The notes under the pieces are model-generated. The model searched no databases. It was not told the DNA's origin and was given only the letters and a program-made list of their open reading frames with translations. A DNA stretch of 64,000 nt from Macrostomum lignano (taxonomy: Eukaryota): positions 1 through 64,000 of the forward strand of contig NIVC01003799.1 in assembly GCA_002269645.1 (NCBI GenBank), given 5' to 3'. The position numbers and the translations under genes are program-made. This document shows positions 22,101-34,272 of this stretch, piece by piece. Within the stretch, counting starts at the first letter, position 1, and each line of letters begins with the position of its first letter.

Positions 22101-24953
22101 GACATGTAGGATTGGTAAGCATACAGTGCATCAGACATGTGGGATCGGTAAGCATACAGTGAGTCAGACATGTAGGATCGGTAAGCAGACAGTGAGGCAG
22201 ACATGTAGGATTGGTAAGCATCCAGTGAGTCAGACATGTAGGATCGGTAAGCATCCAGTGAGGCAGACATGTAGGATTGGTAAGCATACAGTGAGTCAGA
22301 CATGTAGGATCGGTAAGCATCCAGTGAGGCAGACATGTAGGATTGGTAAGCATACAGTGAGTCAGACATGTAGGATCGGTAAGCATCCAGTGAGGCAGAC
22401 ATGTAGGATTGGTAAGCATACAGTGCATCAGACATGTGGGATCGGTAAGCATCCAGTGCATCAGACATGTGGGATCGGTAAGCATCCAGTGCATCAGACA
22501 TGTGGGATCGGTAAGCAGTGCATCAAATTTAACTCAAATTTAATAAATAAGTCACAATTGCAGGTCGGTACTACTGCGTCAACATGGGCATCATAACGCT
22601 CTCGACTTTTCTAGTCACAATTATCGTTAATCTGCACTTTAACGGCGGCAAAAGCGGTCCGATGCCACCTCTGCTGAGACGCGTGAGTTGACCTCATCTA
22701 TTTTCCTCTCCCTGCTATTTTCAGTTTCCCTCCCGCCTTCCCTCGGCTTCTCCCAGACCTGCTTCCTGTCGCTCACGACTCGGCATGAAGGAGGCGGCGG
22801 TGGCCCCGGGACTTCCCTGCAGCTCTCCTCAACTTTCACTGCCCGCTGAATCTCTGCCGCTTAAAACCGGCGCCTCAAACCCGGCTACCGAGGAGGCTGC
22901 CGAGTTTAACGGCTTCTCCTGCCTATTCAGGACAAAAACTGGGATCACGAATTCCCGTCGTTGCCCGGCTGTGGCTGCCACTCTTGCAGATGAAGAAAGC
23001 TCGGGAGAGAAGCAGAGAACAGCCTCCTATGGGGCAGTCTTCATGTTAATAAAAAATCGGAAACTGCATCACTTCATTCAAAAATTTAAATAGATTTAAT
23101 TATTATGATGTTATGAGAGCTTTGAACCGAAAGTTTTACCAAAGCGATGCGATCCGATAGCTGGCACGATGCAGCCCTGTGATATTCGGAACTCAGAAAG
23201 TCGCAACTCGCCTGAGTCTGCCCTCCCGGAACAAAGTTGGCGTCTCTATCATTTCCCGTTGCTTCGGGGAATGGCGGCAAAGTGAATTATTGCCCCTACC
23301 TGCCCCACCCCGTCCGCCTCTCCGTGATTGCCGAGCTTCGCTTCGCCACCTTCCTCTCTCGTGCTCGGCCATCGCGCCGGTCGCATCCGCTCTCGGCCTC
23401 TCCTCAAAGGCTTTCCTCCCTCCATCCAGCTCGAGCCGACTTCGCCTTTTTCCTGGCTTTCACTAGCGCGAGACGCCGCCGAGTCAGAAAGGGAGACGGT
23501 GGGGGGGCGGAGAGGCATCGGGGAGGCTTCCTCCCGGCGAGATTGACGAGGCTGGGCGGCATAAAGGAGGAACTGCACGGCGGGGATGGAGAGAGGAGGC
23601 AGTGAATGGGCCGGCATAAAGAAGAATTAGGAGCCTGGCGCAGATCCCCCCACCTTTGTAGGCTCGGGCTCCTTTCTCTGTCGCCTCGTCCGCCCCACTT
23701 CAGCCCTGCTGCTGTCCTCTTGTTGTCATCGATTTCCCAATCACCGCCCGCATGGGCCATCGTGCCCTCAGGTGGACCGGCCGGCCTCACAGCGGGGGCG
23801 GGGCGGCGGATTAATCATTAGTGCAGTTCCTCTCGCTCGTTTCTTGCTGCGCTTACACAGAGGCGCTCCATCTGAGATGAGGCGATCATCATTATCCAGT
23901 GTGCCCGAGTCGGGAGACTGGTTAGCTGCTGCACTCCGCATCCATCCGGTTGGGATTTGAGCTCAAATGAGCAACTTTCAAGCCCGAATCCTGGCTTGCC
24001 GTCAATCTGAGCTCGTACTATGCAGTGCCCGGCTTATTCTTGTCTTTCAAACCTCACTACAGAGCCTGAAATTTCTTTTGACGCGGCGCGTCTCCTTTGA
24101 TCTTCTCTTCCTTGATTAAATTTCCTGCTGAGTTGTGTGTCCCCAGAAGTTCCCACTCGATAGCCCGACCGGGCGCTGCTATCAGACGTCCTGATGATTC
24201 TTCTTACGAGATGTCCGGCCAGAAAGCCTCCAGAGACACTACTTGAGTGAGTAGAAAGTAAGACATTTCCCCACCCTCCGTCTGCAGATCATGATCGAGG
24301 GCCTCGGCTGCCTGCTGCTGGTCCGCTGCCGGGCCCCGCCGCCCAATGACCCGGTGCAGCGGCGCGGCAGCGCCGACTCTGCCGGCCAGGCCGCGGGAGT
24401 ATCGGCTGCTGCCGCGTTGCCGTCGACATCTGCGGCAGCGTCATCGGCGGCGACGTTTGCAGTGTCGGGAAGCGTCGCGGGTCCATCCGGCTGCTCAGCC
24501 GGTGGTCACGGCGGCGGCGGCGGCGGCGGCATCACCAAGTGTCGCAACTTTCGTATCGCGGAGTCGTCGACGGCGAATCACCGCGGCAGCGGCAGCGGCC
24601 TTCTGGGAGTTCGCAAGGCCTGGGCGGCCGTTGGCGACTCCAGCCGACGGATGCCGCACGTCGGTTTGCTGCTGGGTTGCCCGCCGCATGTTGAGGAGGA
24701 TCTGCAGGAGATCAGCCGGCTCATCAGGATGTTCCTCGGCAAGAAGAAGGCCAGCGATGTGGCCAACGTGATCTCCATGGAGTGGCGGACACTGGCCCGG
24801 GTGCTGGACCGCCTGTTCTTCGTGACCTACCTGGTCCTCATCGCCACCTTCATCCTGCTGTTTATTCCCGCCCGGGTGCAGACCGTCCGCAGTCCGCCGT
24901 GCGGTGGCTCCGCGCGCAGCTGCGGCGTCGGCTGCAGACTGGGACCGATGTAG
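18895..24953 (+). CDS. Nicotinic acetylcholine receptor-family Cys-loop channel subunit, non-alpha type with anion-type M2 motif (8 exons, ~629 aa)
   Basis: Exons 18895-18970, 19574-19836, 19987-20105, 20218-20353, 20786-21209, 21335-21421, 22564-22682, 24288-24953; all phases match. Signal peptide, WTPDIKLYN, Cys-loop CQVTIMHFPFDTQLC, FGSWTYD, M1 YVAILVVPCILLSMLTLVVFCLP, M2, M3 YYCVNMGIITLSTFLVTIIVNLH, and M4 EWRTLARVLDRLFF. Confidence 0.95.
21418..22518 (+). repeat. 33-bp minisatellite (~33 units) beginning at the exon 6 donor of the nAChR gene
   Basis: Unit AT(C/T)G|GTAAGCAT(A/C)CAGTGAG(T/G)CAGACATGTAGG; the first unit overlaps the true exon end (ATCG|GT at 21421/21422). Confidence 0.97.
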
Positions 24954-24954
24954 G

Positions 24955-25160
24955 AGACTGGGGGATGCTGGGTGATGCTGGGTGATGCTGGGTGATTCTG
25001 GGTGATGCTGGGTGAAGCTGGGTGATGCTGGGTGATGCTGGGTGATGCTGGGTGATACTGGGTGATGCTGGGTGATGCTGGGGGATGCTGGGTGATGCTG
25101 GGGGATGCTGAGTGATGCTGGGGGATGCCGGGGGATGCTGAGTGATGCTAAGTGATACTT
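24955..25160. repeat. (GGTGATGCTG)n 10-bp repeat just after the nAChR stop
   Basis: Seen directly in the sequence. Confidence 0.9.
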
Positions 25161-26127
25161 TTGTGATGCTTATGCTGAAAATCTGAGCTGATGTAAGACA
25201 TTTTATGAAGCATCTTGATAGCTTCTTAGCTCTTATATCACTCTGCTATTTTAGCGCTGATTTTACGTCGTCCACAATGATCTTATTGAGTGTCCACCAT
25301 GGGTTATAATAGATTTGTAGATTTGTAAGAATGTAATAAATGTAATAAAATTTTAGTTTCTCTATATTCATTTCTATTCCCTACTTGCACTTGCTTTTCT
25401 GCGTCAATGCACATTCAATGCTATTTTGAGTGACCGCAGTTTGATTTTGAACTTCTATAATAATACAAGGAAAGCGAATTTGTTAAATTCTGGTAAAAGC
25501 GTCCAACTAATTCATAGATGACGGCAGTTGTGGTTTTGTATTTGAGAAGCGGTGCATTGGCTGTAGAAATAACAATATTGTTCATTGCGCGATTAAAATG
25601 TTGAACATGCGAGGAGGGACAAGTTTTTGGGCACAGTGTGGCGAATACTGGATAGATTCTGGGCAGCAATTATTCAGCTATTCAAAGCTTTCAAAAGTGC
25701 TTTTTGTACTGGTAAAAGTGCTCGAGTAACGTGGCTTGAGTAGGTAAACAGAAATATACATAGTTTTTGCTTGGTTAGTATTAAATTAGGAATAATGGTT
25801 AATTAATAAATAGGTACAAAATATTGTAATACACCCTACTTACTGAAGCATTCTGATTCTTTCAGTTTGGTTAATTCGCGGTGTGGAAGACAGAAGATAA
25901 TTAAACAGAAGCTTCGTGCATAGTGCGTGAGCGATGACGCAATCAATTGACGTCACGCCACAATCCGAAACCCGATTGGTTCAGAGACTTCCCAGAAAAT
26001 TAGAGACAGTCAACTTCATCGAGTATTCAATTCGTTGCTGATTGGCTGTTGAAATGTGCTGGTAGCTTAAATATGATTGGTCACAGTCTCTCAGCCAATA
26101 AGAAACCGAGTCGTGGACGCTATGACG

Positions 26128-29100
26128 TCACTGCAAAGAGCAGCGCCGGACGTCACCTGCCGCGCCCCTCCCGGCGCCGGGGTAGGCCTGGACGGCGCTG
26201 CGATCCAGCTGGCGGCGGACCTTTTCGGCCAGAGGCCGCCTGCCGATGCTGGCCAGGGCTTCGTAGAGCTCCCGGATGGGCGTGTCCTGCCGGTCCACGC
26301 CGTGGAACCAGATGCACAGCACTCGGTAACCGTGCTGCTTGTAGCTGCTCTCGTCTGGTGGATTATGGGCGAGGGTAAACTAATGCGTTAATATTATTTG
26401 AATGAAAATCCTTGATCAGCCCCATGTCCCAAAATCCTTGATCAACCCTCCCTGTCCCAACATCCTTGCTCAGCCCCCTGTCCCAACATCCTTGATCAGC
26501 CCCCTGTCCCAACATCCTTGATCAACCCCCTGTCCCAACATCCTTGCTCAGCCCCCTGTACCAACATCCTTGATCAGCCCCCTGTCCCAACATCATTGAT
26601 CAGTCCCCTGTCCCAACATCTTTGATCAACCGCCTGTCCCAACAACCTTGATCAGTCCCCTGTCCCAACATGCTTGATCAGCCCCCTATCCCAACATTCT
26701 TGATCAGGCCCCTGTCCCAACATCCTTGATCAGCCCCCTGTCCCAACATTCTTGATCAGCCCCCTGTCCCAACATCCTTGATCAGCCCCCTGTCCCAACA
26801 TCCTTGATCAGCCCCCTGTCCCAACATCCTTGATCAGTCCCTGTCCCAACATCCTTGATCAGCCCCCTATCCCAACATCCTTGATCAGCCCCCTGTCCTA
26901 ACATCCTTGATCAGCCCCCTGTCCCAACATCCTTGATCAGCCCCCTGTCCCAACATCCTTGATCGCCCCCTGTCCCAACATCCTTGATCAGCCCCCTGTC
27001 CTAACATCCTTGATCAGGCCCCTGTCCTAACATCTTTGATCAGCCCCCTGTCCCAACATTCTTGATCAGCCCCCTGTCCTAACATCCTTGATCAGCTCCC
27101 TGTCCCAACATCCTTGATCAGTCCCTGTCCCAACATCCTTGATCAGTCCCCTGTCCTAACATCTTTGATCAGCCCCCTGTCCCAACATCTTTGATCAGCC
27201 CCCTGTCCTAACATTCTTGATCAGCCCCCTGTCCTAACATCTTTGATCAGCCCCCTGTCCCAACATCCTTGATCAGCCCCCTGTCCCAACATCCTTGCTC
27301 AGCCCACCAGTGTACTGATGCTCGATGGCCTCCACGTGCTCCGTCTTGAATTGCCAGAACGCAGCCAGTTTTTTCCACTCGTTCTGGCGCAGGTGCTTGA
27401 AGGCCAGCTTCCACAGGTACTGCTTGAACTCCTCGGCGTAAGGCTGCTGAAACTCCCGCAACCGGTAGGTCGGCACGGTGCCGTTGTGCATCGCGTCATC
27501 AGCGGAGATCTCCTGCTCCAGCTCCTCCTCAGTGGGCTCGTTGATGTTGATGCGGTTCTCGTAGTCTGCCGGCTTGTACACCGCGCCATCGGAGTCCAGC
27601 TGGTCCACCAGCGCCGTCGGGTGCTTGGCCTCGCCGCTCTGCTGACGCTGAGGGGTCAAGGGTTTCGAACTAATTTCATTTTTATTGAGCATTTCAATTA
27701 GATTAACTCAAACATTTCTTCAATGACATTAGCTCTAATACCCCAGCTCCAATACCCCAGCTCCAATACTCCAGCTCCAATACCCCCGCTCCAATACCCC
27801 AGCTCCAATACTCCAGCTCCAATACCCCCGCTCCAATACCTCAGCTCCAATACTCCAGCTCCAATACCCCCGCTCCAATACCCCAGCTCCAATACCCCAG
27901 CTCCAATACTCCAGCTCCAATACCCCCGCTCCAATACTCCAGCTCCAATACTCCAGCTCCAATACCCCAGCTCCAATACTCCAGCTCCAAAACCCCAGTT
28001 CCAATACCCCAGCTCCAATACCCCAGCTCCAATACCCCAGCTCCAATACTCCAGCTCCAATACCCCAGCTCCAAAACCCCAGTTCCAATACCCCAGCTCC
28101 AATACCCCAGCTCCAATACCCAGTTCCAATACCCCAGCTCCAATACCCCTCACTCATTCAATTTTATACACGTCCCTTACAAAGTAAATAAAAACGTTAA
28201 AAGTGCTTACATAATGCATCATACTACTCACTAACCTATGCAAGTAGGCTTTGCAGAGTTATATACATTTATTTAAAAAACAAGCGTCCTGAGTGGAATA
28301 AAATTTTATCGAATAGAATTAACTAATTTTTATTATATCTTTTGATTGCGTAATTATTATATAATACGAACTCTGCGAAATCCTAAGTCAGAAATGTAAA
28401 ATAGACCATGGCAGCCTTCACCCCATTACAAACTACGAGCTAAACTGAAGCAAACTAGTTGAGCATGCTCACAGTTATATTTACCAACAAACCAAAAGTT
28501 ACAGGAACTTTGAAAATTGAAAGCAAAATTTTCAGCGACTTGCCTAACAGGGAGTGGGATCCTGAGCATAAGCGATTGTTATAATGATTTAAACAAAATC
28601 TATCTTTAACTTTATTTAACAATGTGAGTAAATAGGATTCTATAACAACTACTAAAAAGCACCTTCGAGGTTGCGGGGAGTCGAATGAAGTGTCCGAACC
28701 TCAAGGGTTGATATTCGAACTTGAATGAATGGTGCGGTTGCGCTCTAAGCTATAGGCTCGAAGCAGAGATACACGATGGTGTCAGTGTGTTGAACCTCTG
28801 CCTTACTGTTATGCGGCTTTACTGGTGGTCTAAATCGAGTTGTAAAAAGCTTTTCACTAAAAGCTATGACGAGACGTAATAAGCAAGAAACCACACTTGA
28901 AGCACTTTGTTTATTAGAAGAACGTAACACCCTGGAATGTAGCTCGTATCATTGATCCTTGATACACTAGGGAGATGGGCAAAATGCTACAGTGCAGTTC
29001 TTTTGTGCTTCTTCCTTGTGCTTTTGTCGCCCCTCCGGAGTTCCCTGCAGTCACGTGACGACTCTGAGCCAATGGCGCAAATTAATTTGTTTTGACTGTC

Positions 29101-31141
29101 GGTGAAGACGGTCGGGGATTCCCAAGGCCACTCTCGTGCATGTCTTGTTGTTTCCATCCTTTCTTGTACAGTGAAGCAGGGAGGTGGGTGCAAGTTGGGA
29201 ATTCCCTCCAAGGTCACTCGAAAATCATGCTAATGCCTCTCGGAACAGAGGTTGAATGTTACGTTCTTCTAGATCCTATTATAAGCTTGGTCAGTGATTG
29301 GCAGAAAACGAACCGTAGCCAGTCACATGGATGTGACTAAACCACAAAAATGTATTCGTGCAATAATATGCGAGAGTCATGCGAATACCTTCCCTCGTAT
29401 TAACTGATTCACAACTCCTCCAAGTGAGGGGGTTCGGCTTACCCGATTTGCTCTAAGCTTATGCAGCAAAGCTGTTCTTGTCTAAAAGACGGGTTTTAAG
29501 ATTTTAGCTAGAGAAGAGTTAGTAGGCGAGAAGTAATTATTTGTTTTTTGAAAGCAGTCGGCCAACCCAAGCGGTGAGCAAAATGTACTTTTAGAAAGTA
29601 AAGCGATAATTATGCAACTCCCGTCAGCTTCTGACCTTTTTCCTCTCCCTGTATCTCTCGGCCTTGATAATCATGTCCACCATGCTGATGTAGCTGCCTC
29701 TCGTGGCCAGGATGAGGGGGGTTTTCCCGGTCTGGAATGTTGGTGGGAATATTGGTGGGAATGTACATGCGTACTGAACAATACTCAAGGTCACTCGCTG
29801 TTGATTGGTTGTTGCAGGCTGCAGGCCTTGACTAAAAAAATAAAAAATAAAAATTTTAGACGGAACGGCTACCAAACTAGCTGACTAGCTATTCTAGTCT
29901 CTATTCTATTCTATTCTATTCTATTCTATTCTATTCTATTCTATTCTATTCTATTCTATTCTATTCTATTCTATTCTATTCTATTCTATTCTATTTCTAT
30001 TCTATTCTATTCTATTCTATTCTATTCTATTCTATTTCTATTCTATTCTATTCTATTACTATTCTATTCTATTCTATTCTATTTCTATTCTATTCTATTC
30101 TATTTCTATTCTATTCTATTCTATTCTATTCTATTCTATTTCTATTCTATTCTATTCTATTCTATTCTATTCTATTTTATTCTATTCTATTCTATTCTAT
30201 TCTATTCTATTCTATTCTATTCTATTTCTATTCTATTCTATTCTATTCTATTCTATTCTATTCTATTCTATTCTATTCTATTATATTCTATTCTATTCTA
30301 TTTCTATTCTATTCTATTCTATTCTATTCTATTCTATTATATTCTATTCTATTCTATTCTATTCTATTCTATTCTATTCTATTCTATTCTATTCTATTTC
30401 TATTCTATTCTATTCTATTCTATTCTATTCTATTCTATTCTATTATATTGTATTCTATTCTATTCTATTCTATTGTATTCTATTCTATTCTATTCTGTTA
30501 TATTCTTAGTGTTGCCAATATGAACATGGCAGATTAAAATCTGAAGTAGACTGTGCACTTTTACAACAGCGCTCTTGTAGGAATAAGTTTTAACTGCCGG
30601 CTTGCCGGAGCGCCGCAGTCATGGGGGGGGGGCAGCGGCTCACCTTGTCTCGCACGTTGATGGGGGCGTCGCACAACAGCAGAGCCTCAGCAGCATTTGG
30701 CTTGTTCTGCTCTACGGCCAGATGAAGCGGAGTCTGGTTGCGCTGGAGACGAGAGCGGGTCGGGATTAAAGCACGGCTGAGCTTGCCTGGGCTTTGATGA
30801 TTCTTTTATTAAACTGAAATTTGCGACTGCAATCGGTGTGCTCACGTTGTTGGGCAGGGAGGTCTCGCAGCCCAGGCTCACCAAGGTGAAGATTTGCTCC
30901 GCGCTGTCGTTTAGAGCGGCGTAGTGCAGAGCAGTGCTGTGCGTCTGGGGATTTCAGGGATGAGGCGGAGAGTCTGGCTGGGCGACCACTTCGAGAGAGG
31001 GAGAGAGGGAGAGAGAGGGAGAGAGAGGGAGAGAGAGGGAGAGAGAGGGAGAGAGAGGGAGAGGGGAGAGAGAGGGAGAGAGGGAGAGAGAGGGAGAGAG
31101 AGGGAGAGAGAGGGAGAGAGGGAGAGAGAGGGAGAGAGAGG

Positions 31142-31175
<34 letters not shown>

Positions 31176-31234
31176 GGAGAGAGGGAGAGAGAGGGAGAGA
31201 GAGGGAGAGAGAGGGAGAGAGAGGGAGAGAGAGG

Positions 31235-31266
<32 letters not shown>

Positions 31267-34200
31267 GGGAGAGAGGGAGAGAGAGGGAAAGAGGAAGAGA
31301 GAGGAAGAGAGAGGGAGAGATGGAGAGGGGGTAGAGAGGGAGACTGGGGAGAAAGGGATGGGATAAGACAGGGAGAGGAGAGAAAGAGAGGGGTAGAGAG
31401 GCAGAGGGAAGAAAGAGAAGGGGAGAGAGGGAGAGGGGAAATCACTACAAAATCAGTATCATTATCAGTGGCCATGGAATGAATTGGACAGTACGCCAAT
31501 TCTTCACCTCAGCCTCATTCCTATGCTGCGACTGAGACTCAGTCATACCGTTATTACTGTATCAGCTTCTTATTTTTATAAAAGATTATTTTCAGAAAGC
31601 GAGTTAGAACTCACAAGGTTCAGAGCGTTCACGTTGGCGCCGTGCTCTTTGAGATATTTGAGCACGTCCATGTGACCCTTGACAGCGGCCAGGTGGAAAG
31701 CCGTCATTTCGCGCTGAAATTTATTCACTCTGAAGGTGGAGTTGTATCAATAAAATAACTCAGATTGGGCTATGAAAGGCTTCCCTACCTCGGCGGTGGC
31801 GTTCACCTCGCTGCCGTGGGTCAGCAGGCAGCGGATCGCCCCGATATGACCCTTTTCAACCGCGTAGTGCAGCGGGATTCGCTCGCTTTCGTCCTTCTCG
31901 TTCACCAAGTCCCGCAGCTTGTACACCTCCCGGAGCAGCTCTTCTAGCACCTTGGCGCATCCGTTCTCCGCTGCCAGGTGCAGTGCCGTCATCTTTTTCT
32001 AAAGCGATGGTTATTTATTATGTAGTAACTATTTCATACCCACCTCACTCCCTACCCCTCCTCACTCCCTGCCCCTCCTCACTCCCTGCCCCTCCTCACT
32101 CCCTGCCCCTCCTCACACCCTGCCCCTCCTCACTCCCTGCCCCTCCTCACTCCCTGCCCCTCCTCACTGCCTGCCCCTCCTCACTCCCAGTCCATCCTCA
32201 CTCCCACCCCTTTGTCAATGCGTTACGACTAGCGTTACAAATGTCTTCCTGATTGGAGAGCCTGCAACAATGCAGAAACTCACTGCGTCCTTGACCATCA
32301 GATCAACCTCCGGATAGCTCAGAAGCAGTTGCACAACCTCAATGTTGCCTTTTCCAGCCGCAATCATCAGAGCCGTCTGGCCGTTCTACAGAAAGGAGCG
32401 ATAATATTGAAATCAATGTCTAAACATTACAGTCGATATTTAAAGCAACTCCACTGTCACCTTCTCGGTGTCATTCAGGATGCTCTTCTTAGTCTTGGTG
32501 AGGTACAGCCGCACCAGCTCGCAGTTGTTCTGGTCGGCCGCGATGTGCAGCGCGTGCATGCCGAGCTTGTTTCGTTTCTTGACGCTGGCCGACCGTTCCA
32601 GCAGCAGTTCTACAACTTCGATGTGGCCGAAGTAGGTCGCCCACATCAAGGCGGTCATGCCGTACTTGTCGGCCAGCTCGATGCCGGCCTTGTATTCGAG
32701 CAGGACTCGGACAGCCCCCGTCTGGCCCTTGCTGGCCGCCATGTGCAGCGCTGTGCGGTTCAGGTTGTTGCGACAGTCCACCTTCACGATCGTCAGCAGC
32801 TCCTCCAGACGGGCCTCCTTGCCTGTGCGGGCCGCCTCGTGCAGGGCGAGCTCGCCTTTGGACACTGCGGGTGAGTTTTTTGGTACCTGGATGGGTGTTT
32901 GGGTACCTGGATGGGTGTTTGGGTACCTAGATGGATGTTTTGGTTACCTGGATAGGTGTTTGGGCACCTGAGTGGGTATTTTTCGGTACCTGGGTGGGTG
33001 TTTGGGTGCCTGGATGGGTTTTTTGGGTGCCTGGATGCGTGTTTGGGTACCTGGATGGGTGTTTGGGTGCCTGTATTAGTGCTTGGGTATCTGAATGGTT
33101 GTTTGGGTACCTGGATGGGTGTTTGTGTACCTGGATGGGTGTTTGGGTGCCTGTATTCGTGCTTGGGTGCCTGTATTCGTGCTTGGGTATCTGAATGGTT
33201 GTTTGGGTACCTGGATGGGTGTTTGTGTACCTGGATGGGTGTTTGGGTGCCTGTATTCGTGCTTGGGTGCCTGTATTCGTGCTTGGGTATCTGAATGGTT
33301 GTTTGGGTACCTGGATTTGGAAGGTGTCGGTATTTGTGTTGATGGGACCCGAGCTACAGTTGGCACTAGGCCAGCTTTGTCTTAATTCCCTCATCTTAAT
33401 TCTTTTAACTCATTTTCATCTCCTGATAATCATAAAATATTTTTCAATCCCGCTGCACCAGCAGGCCGCAGCAGGATCAGAAATCATAATTCATCTTTTT
33501 TCGGCAGAAACTCTTTCAGAACGGTCTCACGCACTAAAAGGCTCCTCCAGTGTGGTCGCCATGTCGCAGTCATCCTCCGGTTTGAGAGGCTGGAAGCGAT
33601 GAGGGAGGAATTCCTGATGGGATTCTAAGCTTTTAGTCTTTTTATTGCATAAATTATGAATTTGCTTCTGTTTGCATTGCTCAAGCAGAATTTCTGGGGC
33701 GCTAAATAGACAAGATTTTTAGAGTCTCAAACGTCCCCGTTGAAAATTTAAAAAAAATTCGCCTGCAAGTTTTTAGCTCGTAACTATCCATTAAAAACAT
33801 TTAATTGCCAGCTGAAACTCACGGGGCAGCTGATTTTGGAAAAGAAAGATCGCAAACTGAGCAAAAACCTTAAACTAACTCGTAAACCCTAAACTAACCC
33901 CTAAACTAAACCCTAAACTAAACCCTAAACTAAACCCTATACTAAACTCTAAACTAAACCCTAAACTAAACCCTAAACTAAACCCTAAACTAACCCTAAA
34001 TTAAACCCTAAACTAAACTCTAAACTAAACCCTATACTAAATCCTATACTAAACCCTAAGCTAAACACAAACCTAAACCCTGACCTAAAACCCTAACCTA
34101 AACTCTAACTGCAACCATAACCCAAATGGTTGGCCGTCAAATATCGAACTTCAGAATCTTAAGAAAGAGCAATTGCAAGTGTTTTGCCCGACGTGGGCTC

Positions 34201-34272
34201 ACTTGTTTGTTAAACTTGTCCTTTTTTACAAAAGAATAAAAAGTCTATCGCGGTACTTACATCAGCGGCCAT
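26128..34272 (-). CDS. ANKDD1: Ankyrin repeat and death domain-containing protein (11 exons, ~580 aa)
   Basis: Exons 34272-34261, 33589-33535, 32864-32461, 32385-32284, 31998-31789, 31713-31615, 30944-30846, 30742-30644, 29731-29636, 27647-27308, 26354-26128; phases consistent. Several 99-bp exons each encode one ankyrin repeat (TALH/TPLH). VDMIIKAERY and the death domain LWKLAFKHLRQNEWKKLAAFWQFKTEHVEAIEHQ...YRVLCIWFHG match the ANKDD1 family. The first two exons are less certain. Confidence 0.9.
26410..27300. repeat. 25-bp minisatellite filling the last ANKDD1 intron
   Basis: CCCCTGTCCCAACATCCTTGATCAG units. Confidence 0.97.
27735..28147. repeat. (CCAGCTCCAATAC)n-type intronic minisatellite
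   Basis: Seen directly; explains the GVLELGYW ORFs. Confidence 0.95.
29900..30500. repeat. (ATTCT)n pentanucleotide microsatellite, ~600 bp
   Basis: Near-pure CTATT units in an ANKDD1 intron. Confidence 0.98.
30993..31440. repeat. Polypurine (GA/GGGAGAGAGA)n tract
   Basis: Seen directly, intronic. Confidence 0.95.
32040..32205. repeat. 17-bp C-rich intronic repeat
   Basis: CCCTGCCCCTCCTCACT units. Confidence 0.9.
32880..33315. repeat. ~20-bp intronic minisatellite
   Basis: GGTACCTGGATGGGTGTTTG and GTGCCTGTATTCGTGCTTGG variants. Confidence 0.9.
33880..34110. repeat. Telomere-like (CCCTAAACTAAA)n array in ANKDD1 intron 1
   Basis: 12-bp unit containing the CCCTAAA heptamer. Confidence 0.85.

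Noticed and set aside
21418-22518. Regular 30-35 bp repeats here (and at 38041, 43615, 54045, 60726) resembling CRISPR arrays
   Set aside because: Units are head-to-tail with no unique spacers, lie inside spliceosomal introns, and no cas genes are present.
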